Source: Balanoglossus misakiensis
Lineage: Eukaryota > Animalia > Hemichordata
NCBI GenBank assembly: GCA_040954595.2
Contig: CM082579.2
Location: 5,514,879 to 5,578,878, forward strand
Length of the DNA: 64,000 nt
Reading direction: 5' to 3'
Of this stretch, positions 41,497-54,181 are shown piece by piece; within the stretch, counting starts at the first letter, position 1; each line of letters opens with the position of its first letter. A program made the translations under genes and the position numbers. The notes beneath the pieces are model-generated. The model had not been told where the DNA came from, ran no database searches, and was given only the letters and a program-made list of their open reading frames with translations.

Positions 41497-44400
41497 CTAG
41501 TCTGAAGTTGCACTCTTGGCTAATGTTGGTAGATCAGGAACATTGTTGATCTGGAAATCAAGCAGCATCTGACCATATGCTTTCCCCTGGAAAAGACAAA
41601 AGTAAAGCAAATATGGATTTTGTCAGTTAATTCTTTCTTGTCGTATTCTTCAACCTTTTCATTGCTATAGTTTTAATTCAATCCCACTGTTTTCAACCCA
41701 ACAATGTGAGAGTAAGATGTCATACCCTGGTAAAAAGTTTGGTCTATGCAAGCAATAAAATATAAAATGTAGATTTGTTTCTAGTCTCACCTGTGCATCA
41801 CACCGCAAAGATGCTATTCCTCCACCACCCAGGGCATGATCAAGCACAAAATTAAAACCATTGATTCCTGGCAGCTCATATCTGCAAAATAACCCAGAAC
41901 ATGAGTATATATAGTCAGAAACAACCGCTGCGTACTTAAGTTTTTGTAATCGGTGCCAAGTAAATTCCAAGAGAGCATGAAAACAGAGCTGGGGGCTAAT
42001 TGACCTGTCTATAAAGGCCACTTGTCTATAAAGGCCAGTTTAGGAAAGTTCCCTGACTGGCCACTTATAGACAGGTTTGACTGCATACGTACCGTGTGAC
42101 ATGCTTGGTGTCTGTACCAGCTGAGGGTTCAATCAGGTGATCAAAGTAATCCTGGACTGCGCCTTCCGTCAACGCCTGTCTGAGGTAAGGCACGTAAGAT
42201 GGATGCCGGGCGATGACACCTGGTGAAGACACAAGAGAGAGACACTTGCAGATCATTGGATAGTGACTAATCAATCAAGGCCAACTTGACATTCAAATGA
42301 ACTGACATACAGTGGTAGATGTACAGTTTAATGATATGTGAATGTGAATGTGAATTTTAAAGGTCAATGTCAATGATGAAGAAGTAAACAGGTGCATATT
42401 GATTTACCGATATTGCAGGTGTTGCCCTTGTCTCCACTCCTGGTGTACGCCAGGTCGCCTAGACTGAAGGTACAAGATCCTTTCTCCAGCTCCACCTCTG
42501 CCACATCCGGTTCTTTCACTTCTTCGTCCTGACTCTGCGGAACGTCCGCACTGGTGACCAGTTCTTCACGTTGACCGCAGTGGACATTCACCTTGGGAGG
42601 TACGAGTCACGCCATGTAACAGACCTTATTCCCTCAATTGATCAGAAATGTATTCCTACTAGGATTGTCTACACGGGTTCAGGTTGGATAGACTTAGACT
42701 ACAGAAGGTGAACTTACCTGAAGTTTATCTTTTGGGTAGAGAAAAGAGAACAACTTCAACACTGGAGACCTACATTGCAAAGACACAAGATGGAAAACTG
42801 TCACTTATTCATCTCAGATCAGGTAAATGGCAGCCATATTTCAGAGATTTTCTGAAATACCGCATTTCCACGGTTTCGCGTATAGAGGGCGCTGGTCAAC
42901 TGGGTGTGCTGACTTGGTGGGTACGGGGTGCAGATGCAGTTATTTATTCTAAGCATATGACCAACAATGTCATTATGCCTGCAGCCTTTGCTTGCATTAG
43001 TTTTCTGATAGCTTGATTAACTGCTAGCACTAAGCACGAACAGAAAGTGATGATATGCTTACACTCTTGGCCGTCCACCCACTAAAGTCATAAAACCAGG
43101 AGCTGGAAAAGTTAAAACAAAAATCTGTAAGTGCTTGTTGGATACTTGTTGGATCTAGAGGTGTACATGTAGTTGCAAAGACACATCAAAGATGACCTTT
43201 AGGCAGTAGAACATACCCATTCCAGTTCCAGCTGGAGCTACTTCCCTGGCTAAGATCTCCAGGGCTCTCTTGTCCGAGTGATGAGCAGCCAACCATAATA
43301 CAACTTCACGGGGATCATTGTCTGCGCGTGCATTGGGACCATATGTTTCTTCTGCGCCAAGGACCTGAAGGAAATAGACAATGTATGATCTACACTTTTT
43401 ACCTACACGTATATGACCCAACTCTACTTTGGAATCATAAAAAAAAATTGTAAATGGAACTTGTAAGTTTTTATCCAGATCTTTTACCTGCACCAGAGTC
43501 TTTGTGTAATCCGCAATTCCAAGTTGCTTGAACATATTCCTTGTTCTGCATATTTCACAGTGATAAAGATGAGAGACGGAGAAGAAAATGAAATTAATGA
43601 TCTTTAGAAGTCTAGCATAACATCAAAGTGGATATACTGACAGTTAAGAATGATTGTAAGCTGCAAAAATACTGTGGAGGGTGCTACAGCTCAGTGACAT
43701 ACAGTACCTCTTAAGAATAGCTTCTGCCGTTTTGTGAGCTTTCTCTGACGCCCAGGGTCCACCTATTGGACACACAGCAGTCACGCGAAATCCATCTGCA
43801 TAGGTAGCGCTAACCTGGTAATTGTATTGTATGCATTTGGTGTCATTACATAGTGCATGTTACTGGATTTCACATATGTACTAGCATCATACACACTTTC
43901 CCACACATTATCACTGGGGACCTGTTTCAATCTGTAGAGATGTGCTCAGTCTTTTTCACTTAATTGTTCAATGGTCTTTAGTTGTGCTTTCCAAGTCCAA
44001 GTATGCACAAAATTGACTTGATGCCAGCAGAAATAAAGTACATGTATATGAGATAACACAAAGTAGCAGAAGCCATACAGATTATATGATGTAACTGTTT
44101 CACATACAGATATATTCAGTCTCTATTACATTGATGATATACACTTACCTTGTAGTCATTGCTTGGAGGTGATCCTCTGGCACCTTTGACAAGCACAGCT
44201 TCTTTTTCTTTTCCTACGAAACGAAAACATTGATTCTTAGTTTTGGGAATTTCAGGGAACAGGGTAATTGGGTATGGACTAAACCATGGTGGCAAAAGGG
44301 TTAAGAGACAGAGACCGTGAGTTACCTTTGATTTCCTCGATCTGAACTTGGCTGAAATCACAAGTCACATCAGGCAGCATGTACTTCCGGGGGTCACCAA

Positions 44401-46821
44401 TCTCGTACACCAGTTGTTCTGCAGCTGTAGCGAAGGTCACCAGGCCACCAGTCTTGGGTGGCTTGGTCAAAACAAAACTGCCATCGGAAGAACATTCTAC
44501 AATGGGAAAACCGATGTTTTCCCTGGAAAAAAGACAAGAATACTTGGTCTTACATCCTCATTTCGTTGTGTATTAACATACACAGCAGAATCCCCACAGA
44601 CCTGTAACATCTTTCGACAAAACCAGTGAATTTCTCCATTGAAAGTAGTAATATATCCTTTGGAGAATTTCTACCATATAACCGATCATGTGGGAGCTGA
44701 ATGAATTTACAATTGCCTTATTAAATTACTGACTTCTTTGTAATAATCCTAATTTCTCAATTCTTCTAAACTTTTAAAATACTTTTTGTTGTGGACAGCA
44801 ATGTCACATTACTTGAAGTATCACATGAACAAAACTGAGAACACTTCTTGAAAATATGTTTCCTACCATCCAGGGACCAGATGCCAGTCAGTGAAGATGC
44901 CACCAGTCGCCTGTGCTCCACATTCCACAAGATGACCAGCAAGGCTTCCTGCAGCCAAGCGATCATAGTCTGATTTGCCCCAGCCAAACTGCAGGTAAGA
45001 CAGAAGGACATTGCAAGATTGTGATTTTAGTCACAGCGATGGTGTCCTGGAATCAATTCTTGGTACCTTAACAGCCTTTTTTGGTCATGCTAGGGTCGAT
45101 TCAGGGGATTGCATTATGGGTAATAAAATCAACAACTTTACTGTAGGAGATTTGGGATGTGAAATTTTACAAGCATTTTATGGCCTGTGTATGTGGGTAA
45201 CTTACTTCGTGTAGGAGAGGCCCTAATACAACGGCACTGTCCACACACCTCCCAGTAATCACCACATCAGCGCCAAGACCGAGGGCTCTAGCAATAGGTC
45301 CTGCCCTGAAATCGCAGGCAATAGAAAACAATTAACCAACAGGAGCCATGAAACACAATTATTACTTTTACACGTACAAACCACTGTTCAACTTACCCAA
45401 GATATGCATTCATACTGTGTAAAGTCTTGGGGAGTGCTAGACCGGATTTCATGTCTGTGATGCCTTGTGATACCAGTTCTTCTTTCTGTAGGAATTGAAT
45501 AGATGCATCTATTGGCTTACTTTGTAAAATCAAAGGCATGCTGTGGTATGATCTTTTGGATGTGTGTGTGTGGATGAGTGTCTATCTGCTTTGAAATTAT
45601 GCACTTTCCTTCACATTATGTGGGATCATGATAAAACTGCACAGTATCTTACCATGGGCATCATGTCGTCACCAGTCACAACAGCCACTTTCAAATCTAT
45701 ATCCTGTTTCTTGGCCACTTCTTGAAGTGCTGCTGCACAGCTGTGTGGATTGACGCCACCAGCGTTACTGACCACCTTGATGCCCTTTTGTTTGATGTCC
45801 TTCATGAGCGGCGCCATGACGACTGACACAAAGTCCGGTGTGTAACCTAGTGACTGGTAGAAATGATGAGCAACTAGCATTGTTAATCTTTACTGCTTCT
45901 TTCCCATGATGATGTAGAATGATAACAATTCATCTCCATGGGAATTGGGATGTGGCCAAAAAAGGCAAACAAAATAAACAACAAGAACAAAACTCTTGTT
46001 TTTCTGAATGTGCTTACCGGCTTTTTCTGTTTAGCTGCTATTAGCAGGGACATGGTGATCTCTGATAAATAATCAAACACTAAGTAGTTTATGCGTCCTT
46101 GATGAACCAGTTGTGGTGCTGAAAGAGTAAAAATCAACGGTGTTCAGCCGACAACACTTGAATTTATAAGTATAACACTATGTCAATGTACTTTTATTAT
46201 ATGCTCAATTAATAATCATGCAAAATAACTGCACTGATTTGAAATGATAAGAACTGGCAGATCATCCGAAGAATGTTGTAGTCCAGTGAGGGTTCAAAGG
46301 CTTGCAGAATGATTTTAGTAAGACCATAGACAGAGGAAGTGTTTCTGTACTGTGTGTCTACATGATCTATACCAAGTGGCAAGGAGGCATGTTTGTGTAC
46401 ATAACAATACAAAATGTAAACATGCATTGATGCTGATCAGTGATGCTGATCCGTATCATGGGGATACAATTAAAGAGATTACAATCACCTCTAATTAACA
46501 TTTACCCATATGTGTGGAATCGCACTTTTTTTTCGCGAGACCACCCAGTGAAAGTTCGAGATTGTATACATCTCCACTTTCCATGGTAACACAGTTGCAT
46601 AGGTGAAACTTGAACTCACCTGCACACGACGTATCTCCCCAAAATCCAGACGCGCAGCCAATCCTTACAGTTTTTCCTTCCGGCTCTCCACTCGCCGGGC
46701 GGATGAAATGTAACGAACAACTCTGCTTCCATACTTTGGAAGAAAAAGTTACCTCTTTGGCGAAGCTAGAGCTTCGCGAAAAGCTCTTTGAAAGAGAAGT
46801 GCAGACGACTACTGCTGCCAT
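41497..46821 (-). CDS. atuA: Acyclic terpene utilisation AtuA-family (DUF1446) protein, about 17 exons
   Basis: Exon-spread motifs: [12 protein letters not shown] (46620-46821), [21 protein letters not shown]...[14 protein letters not shown]...[124 protein letters not shown]; stop TAG at 41499-41497. Confidence 0.93.
42002..42086 (-). mobile_element. Tc1/mariner-type MITE fragment in an AtuA intron
   Basis: The reverse complement begins CAGTCAAACCTGTCTATAAGTGGCC (a CAGT-type terminus) and has internally repeated CTGTCTATAAAGGCCA units, which form an inverted pair with the 42060-42078 segment. Confidence 0.45.
44262..44304 (-). mobile_element. Second copy of the TTAACCCTTT-CACCATGG short repeat (in an AtuA intron)
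   Basis: The reverse complement reads TTAACCCTTTTGCCACCATGGTTTAGTCC, closely matching 39788-39815. Confidence 0.5.
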
Positions 46822-47245
46822 CTTGCGGTCAAAGGTCGGCCTAGTCACATGATGTGTTGGTGGTTTCCCCAGACTCAACCATTCATTGGGAAAAGAGTCG
46901 CTGCTATCGAGCGATGGACTGATTAAAATGGTACATTTGCATTGTGATTTTTCCACTGATAACAGAAGAAAATCCAACTATGGGGGATTTTCTCATATTT
47001 AAAAGCCTGTCAATTCATTTTACGTGAATATTAACTCGGAAAATAGTTATTTTATGTGCCTTAAATGTACATTGTCCATCCCCTAGAATAGTAGTCCTGT
47101 CTTGTGCTTCGTGAAACATCGCGAGCGTTCGGTGACGGTGAGTACATAATAAAAACAGCTCAATTTGGTGATCGAGTGCAATCGTAACTCACCTAAAGCG
47201 TAGACGCGGCGCTAAACTGTGTGGTAAACTTTGCTGCAGTCGGTA
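46822..47245. promoter_or_regulatory. Probable bidirectional promoter shared by the AtuA-like gene and pirin
   Basis: Head-to-head ATGs at 46821(-) and 48375(+); a CpG-containing stretch at 47110-47250 has + strand donor-like sites (GTGAGT about 47138, GTATGT about 47243), suggesting a non-coding first exon of pirin. Confidence 0.45.
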
Positions 47246-48374
47246 TGTATTTGCGTTGATCTCCGATAGCTGACACACAAATAGCCGTAAGCATTTGTTT
47301 ACGGTGATCAGTAAATCCGTGTGCAGTTCTGTACTTTGGTGATTTTGTCAATGTCATGTTTGTGTGTAGTGGGTGTCATATGTACAGTATCCGTAAACAA
47401 AGTTTCCAATCCTCACACTGATGTGATTAATTTTTTGTTCATATGTGTGAATGCATTTTCGAGTGCTTGCGATATCCATATCTGCCCTGACTTGGTCGTC
47501 TTCAAATGGAAACATTGATCGTTGATTCAGTGCTGTTGTTGTTCATACTGATGTTGACATATTTGTTACATGCCCCGCCCATTTTAAAAAAGTGCTGAGT
47601 CATCATGTGCTGTCAAATGGACACAGCACATCTTTGCCACAATAGCACCACAGTGCAATCGTTGGCAGTGACATTTTCCAGTTTCTTAAGAATTTGAAAG
47701 AAAAAGACATAACTGACAGACTGGACTGTTTTTGCCTTCTCCATAGAGGTAGTTTGCATAATAATACAATTGTTAGGTTAATGACTTCGATCTGTTGTTT
47801 GTACTGGGCAGTGACCCCTGTCATTGAATGGCAGAAAACAGGTACGCCTCCATGTCATTGATCTATTCACTTGTACTAGTCCAAAATAAATAACAAATAT
47901 GTGGCACACATGGATGGAGGCTTGAACTGATGACAAGAAGTTGGCTCATGGCATTGAAAGGATTAATGGTATTTTGTCAGTCCAGACTCTGCTTAGATAC
48001 CCCGGTATCTTGTGATGCACTGATGTTTCAATTGAATGTTGTGTTTTGTCCACATCCTTACATCCTTGTTCTTCGTTTCCTCTCCTTTTTTTGATACACA
48101 GACTTCAAGACCCCATCCTCTCTCCAATCCCCTCCAAGTCACCGGAATTTCTGTCCTTGTCTTGATGATTAAGCTCATCCCACTGTTTCCCCTGCTGCGG
48201 TCTGGTCACGCCGTCAACCTGAGAGTTCATCGCACATTCCTTATCTGTACTGTGTTGTCTCTAAACAGAGTTGGAGGCACGCTTGCTGATCAACTGGAGT
48301 TTAATTCAAAGAGAGAGTTCCACCCAAGCTCACCGCTAAGTGACAACTTTGTGTTTGCAGCCAATAATTCCAGC

Positions 48375-51300
48375 ATGTCGTCCAGAACTGTTGCTAAGGC
48401 GATTTTGAGCGTCGAGCAGTCGGAGGGCGTCGGTGCCCGAGTGAGACGAAGTGTGGGGCGGCCCGAGGTATGTGTACCGTACATGGAAACATGGTTTGTG
48501 CGATCAAACCATATGCAATTAACAAGTACATACCCATAAACACATAGACCAGTGCATAGTGTTTTACATGTGTAAAGGACAGTTAATATGTGTCACAATG
48601 GATGACTATGCATAAATCAATTCAGCAAGAGCATGACAAAATCAATGCAGCTGTATAAATTACATGCAAGTGTTTATAAAATACGGAGAAATTATATGAG
48701 ACATGTAGAGGGAAAATGCAGTGTATGAAGAATAATGATGATTAAAATCAACCAACTGAAAGTTAAATTATGCAGTATCTGAGGCAGAGTCGTGTCATTG
48801 TTTTAATTACTAGCTGACCTTCCCCACAAACCATTTTTCGTTTTTTTCGTTGCTGCAGTTGAAAAGTTTTGATCCATTTCTAATGCTGGATGAATTCAAA
48901 GTGAAGAAGCCCGCCGGGTTTCCGGATCATCCACACAGAGGTTTCGAGACAGTGACGTACATGGTGTCCGGAGCATTCACTCACGAAGACTTTTGCGGAC
49001 ATGCTGGAACCATCTACCCTGGGGATTTACAAGTAAGGGTGTCAAGATTTTCAGTTCAGTTTTGACGACTCCGTAACTTTATAAACACCACATCCCAAAA
49101 GCATTATCGGAAACGCTCAGTGACTTTCTCTTATCATGTCAGTATTTTCTTTGTCAGGTGGTGAATATCACTGAGTTCTGGCTTTTGATTTTCTTTACAT
49201 GCAAAATATAAATTATTTCATCACTCATTGATTTTTCACTTTGGGGTGTTTTCTTTTTGCAGTGGATGACAGCAGGGCGGGGCATTGTGCATTCGGAGAT
49301 CCCTCACGGCACAGAGGAAGCCCACGGCCTGCAACTCTGGGTGAACTTGAAATCAGAAGAGAAACTGACCAAGCCGCAGTATCAGGAACTGAAAGACAAG
49401 GACATTCCCAAAGTCTCAAAAGACGGCGTGGACGTCAAGATCATTGCAGGAGAATCTATGGGTGTCAAGGTAATTGGAATTGCTTTAGAAGAGGCCATTT
49501 TACAATCCCTGACTGAGTGACCTTATACATGTAGACATATATGGTGACTATAGCGATTCTGCGAAATTCCCTCGAGTGTGTTATATTGCTTTCCTATATA
49601 ACTTGCATTGTACTGAGGAAAATGACAGAACCATTTACGTCAGCCAAGGCACAGAATCTGTCGCGGTAACCTTGCCCAAGAAGTGGTTCGAATTTACTGA
49701 CCTATCCCACAATGCTCTCTGATTTCTAATCCTCGGGGGAAAGCAGCACACTTTTCATCTTTTCCTAAATGTTAAATCCCTGAATTCGATACAGTTTGGA
49801 GAGTGTTTTTCGATTATTACCTGAAATTGTAATGCTTCTTCACAGGAATAGCTGGTAACCTTGTAGTAGCAGAAACAAACTGTACTGAAAATTTCCCTAT
49901 TAGAGTTCAGATATGGATAATGTATTTTCCAAGAAAAATCTATAATGTTCAGACAGTACCAGTCGACCTTGAATAGAGGTTTATGTGTAAAACTGAATAC
50001 TGGCACCAATACTGAATATTATTTGACTTATAAAAAAATGGAGCCATGAATGAAGACATTGTGTGCTGGTTGGGCGACATGTTGGCGTCAAATGAAACTG
50101 GGCAAGAGCTGAATGAAATCGTTACAAGTTTCATATTTCAGTCTCTCCAGACATAGGTAAATTAATGTACAGATACAAGCTGTATGATAAAAACATTTTG
50201 TATGATAGTCACAGCAGTGGGTGAATAATAACGACATAATGTCAGCGTGATATTGAGTTATAGATTGTAATAATTATGAATGCTGGTTTCTTTTGCAGTC
50301 TCCAGTGAGAACACGGACACCGACCTATTATCTTGATTTTAAACTCGAGAAAGGAGCCAAGATGACCCAGGCGATACCCAAGGGATGGAACGCGTTTGTG
50401 TACGTGCTAGCAGGCAAGGGTTCTTTCGGTAAGTTGACACTTCCCCCAAAAATTGTTTGATTTCGGAGAGTTAGTGAAAAGTTTAAAAGTATACAGAAAT
50501 AAGAAGTCTCCATGAAATTATGAAACTAGACGAGAGAATGACACGTCGTTATTTCCAACCTTGAGGTATAAAAAGATGATTCAGCTGTATGGATTTTAAT
50601 GATGTAATATGACCAAATACCTCACTGTGTTGGCTAGAATTTGGTTGTCACGTTTTGTTTGGTACATATATCATGCAGCAATCCAACTGCTTCATGAAGT
50701 ATTGAAGTCTATAGATAAAAAGGAAGATTGATATTTTTTATTGATCATGAATAATTCTGGAGAATTTCTTTTTGAAACCATCCAGTCAAATGTCACCTTG
50801 GAGTATATTTACTGAGGATTCTGAGAGAGAAATTTAAAGCTTGATTCTTTTTCTTCATCTGCCCTGAAGTTGTATTGCGTAGATGTTTGCTTCAGTTACA
50901 TCTATACATTCAGGAGATTCTGTTGATATATTTTCTGCTGCTCAGTTATCTGGATGACTGAACTCGAGAACGTTGTTGATTCACAATCTTCAAAGCAAGG
51001 CCATTGTAGTTTTTTAGTTGAATAACTATGCATTGAATTTTTACTGGGCATGCCTTCTGAGCAGATTTCAAGATGTGAGCTAGTCTAAGCATTGTGTTGA
51101 GCCTTGAAGTGAATGCATTTTTGAAAATATAATCTCAAGAATAACCTTTCATTGTTTGTGTCGAAATAAAAGATACAAAATTCAACACAAGCACAACAGT
51201 GGAATAGACATTTTATTATTATCCAAGATTTGCTTTTGAAAGCAGTAACTACCGGCAACAATTCTGATGTAATTTGCATGCTTTTGCATTTGTCGCATGC

Positions 51301-54181
51301 TAGTTATCGTGAAAGTAGCCCATATCTCCATGAAATCCTGATGACTGACAAACAATTCTTATTGAATTCTGTTGAACACCTGGATATAACATTGATTTTA
51401 TACACATTCTAGCCTAAATAATAAATTCACATAGTCATGAATATCGACATTTGTTAAAATTGGGCCAAAATATTTTTTCCTACACCACATTGGAATTGAC
51501 ATCTTTCAAATTATAATTTTTCAATTTGTACACTAAGCTAAATTAAATTAAATGTGATTTGATGTAATGTATGTAATGTAATATGATATAATGTAGTTTA
51601 GTAATTAGCATAGCGTGTTTCCATATATGTCACAATGTTCTGTTCGGTGTATTTCTTCCTTTTTCTTGCCAAGCGCGGATTGAATATGACTGATTACTGC
51701 CTTTCATAGATCTATACCCTACTGACATTTACAACAGTGCAACCACAATTGTCAAACAAGCACAGCAAAGCTTGTATTGAATTTTTCCACACTGGTTAAG
51801 AAGTCGCAGCCAGGCAACCCTTCAGCCTTCCATACACGGATTTGCGCTGTACAATAATGTAATTTGATCGCCAGGCAGACGTGATGATTCCAAGGGTGGG
51901 ATTTCTGGGAAAAAATGTGATGATTGAAAAAAAAGAGAATGAAGTGTTAACCTTGGAGAATTTGGCCGTGACCTACACTAGAAGGATAAAAGCCAGCATA
52001 ATAGAACAGAATTTACCACTGTCAAAACACGGATGAGTGTTTTATTTAAAATTGCAAATAAAAGCAGTATGCAATAAAAAAGATGGAGGCAGACTTGCAT
52101 GATACTGGGTTGCCAGGGAATTCTCTATTCGTGAATGTGCATACAATGGGTGAAACACAACCTTTCAAGACTTGCAGTTGTATGTTGTCACTGAGGTGTC
52201 CCATGATGCATTCCTTTCATTATGAAGAGTGTGACAAACTGAAGTCTTGGGCAGCTTCCCTAGTGTGTGCAGAATCTGGCCGAGTCACGGTGTCAAATGT
52301 TGAAAATGTACGTCAAATCTAGCACACACATCTCTTTGTACATTTAAAGGGATTGGAAGAGAGAGAGAAAGAAAGAAAGAGAGAGTAATTTGTTTACCAC
52401 ATCATTCTTTATTCCCGTCCAGGTCCTCAGGGTAGTGCTAAAGAAAGTGAACCACACTACACATTAGTGCTAAGTGACGGCGACACATTGGAGAGTGAAA
52501 ATAAGGTATGACAGGATTAGATCCTTCATTTATTTGCAGATGCATGGAGCATGTATAGTAATTAGGCAGTTACAACGCAGTATACCTCCGATAACTTTCT
52601 GAAAACTGTTCACCCAAACTAATTAGGCTGCCGTGGCTCTTTGCAAAATTAGCGTGCTGTAACACCCGGTTTTCGAAAGGTTCGCATTTCTCAGTTGCCA
52701 TGGTTGTTTCCATGGAGTCAGAAATGATTAGTGGTGAGGGATGTGTTTTGTGCGTGTGGGGGAGATATCAGCAGCTGACTGATATTGTGAATGCCGGTTT
52801 AACAGGGAAAGGTCGGTACATTCATAGGGGGTATAGATCTTTAACATTAAAAATGGCATGTGTCTTATGCACTCACAGAGGCAGCTGCAGATAGCTTGTG
52901 ATTGATTGAGCTTTTGCAGCCAGACTTGGTGATTGAATCCATCATCTGTAAATACATTACTTTATGTATGCAAGCTGACAGTCCTCAGTTTTCAACTCTG
53001 TCCTGTTTCAATGTGCCTTTAAGAAGGTACATTTTACGCGATCATGAGCCAGGACACCACTGCACAGTGTTGTCATTCACAAAATAAGTCAATTTAGGTC
53101 TCATCTTTGATACCTCATGACCAGTTTTTGACAATTAATAAATGACTCATTGTTTGCGTTATGCAAATTCTGTTGCCAGGGGGATGAAACACTTCATTAT
53201 GTGTTGATAGCTGGCAAGCCTATTGGTGAACCTGTTGTCCAGTATGGTAAGTATGCCTCAGAAAGTTAAAGACTGAAATTACTCGTAATAGAAAAAAAAA
53301 AGAATAGAACATCGCCTATGTGTGGATATATTGAGTGAAGTGACATATTCATCACATACAAGCTTGTGACATAATCAGGATAATGTAGGTAATGGATTGA
53401 CCCTCTTATTACCCAAAGTACCCGTAGCATGCATTCAGCAGTATTGTTAATTTGCAAGTGGTGGTTGTAGGTTAAGTAATAGATGTAAATGCTTGTTCCA
53501 AGGATGTCGCCTTTATCAATTAACTGCGACATGTTTCATCGCCAGTGGCATTGATGCATCACGGATAAGATAAACCTATCAATACACAATGTGTTCTGAA
53601 AGAATTGTTGACTTGTGCATGCACTTTCCAAAGTTCATTCATCCTTTCATTTAATCACTTTAAAAAAAAAACTTTTGATATACATATATGTGCATTTTGT
53701 TATGATTTTTCCCCGGGTATACATTTTCTACCAGTATTTCATTACAGTGTAAATGTTAAGCATCTGTTTCTAAAATATATATTGTATTGATCTCTCTCTG
53801 TCTGTCAAGTATCCACAATCATTTCATATCATTTCATGGCCTGGATATATGTCCTTGTTTCCGGACATTTGACATCATAAAACACATTTTATGCAACAAA
53901 TGAACTGTTGTCGTGGCGGAGTAATTCAAGCATGAAATGTACATGTGAGATTTTTTCCCCTGCGTAGATCTGACATGCTGTTGTCAGTTGTCGATGTTCG
54001 TAGTCCGTAAACCGTTATCTGTTTTTGATGCATCTTTAACCCTTTCACCACCGTACTCTGTACAGGTCCGTTCGTCATGACGACAAGAGGAGAAATAGAG
54101 CAGGCCATCGACGACTACCGCAGTGGGAAGAACGGGTTTGAGAATGCCAATACATGGAAATCAAAAACAGGAAATGCTTAG
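48375..54181 (+). CDS. PIR: Pirin (bicupin iron-binding protein)
   Basis: Exons 48375-48467, 48859-49032, 49263-49469, 50299-50428, 52423-52505, 53180-53246, 54066-54181. Motifs EQSEGVGARVRRSVGRPE, DPFLMLDEF, GFPDHPHRGFETVTY, QWMTAGRGIVHSE, GLQLWVNL, IAGKPIGEPVVQYGPFVM; the His-His-His-Glu metal ligands are intact. Confidence 0.97.

Noticed and set aside
41497-46821. AtuA as bacterial contamination or a recent horizontal transfer
   Set aside because: About 16 canonical spliceosomal introns and host-like composition indicate a long-resident eukaryotic gene.
48036-48374. Long N-terminal extension of pirin in the 167-aa ORF
   Set aside because: Pirin homology begins at MSSRTVAK (48375); the upstream part is non-ATG-initiated intron/UTR sequence.
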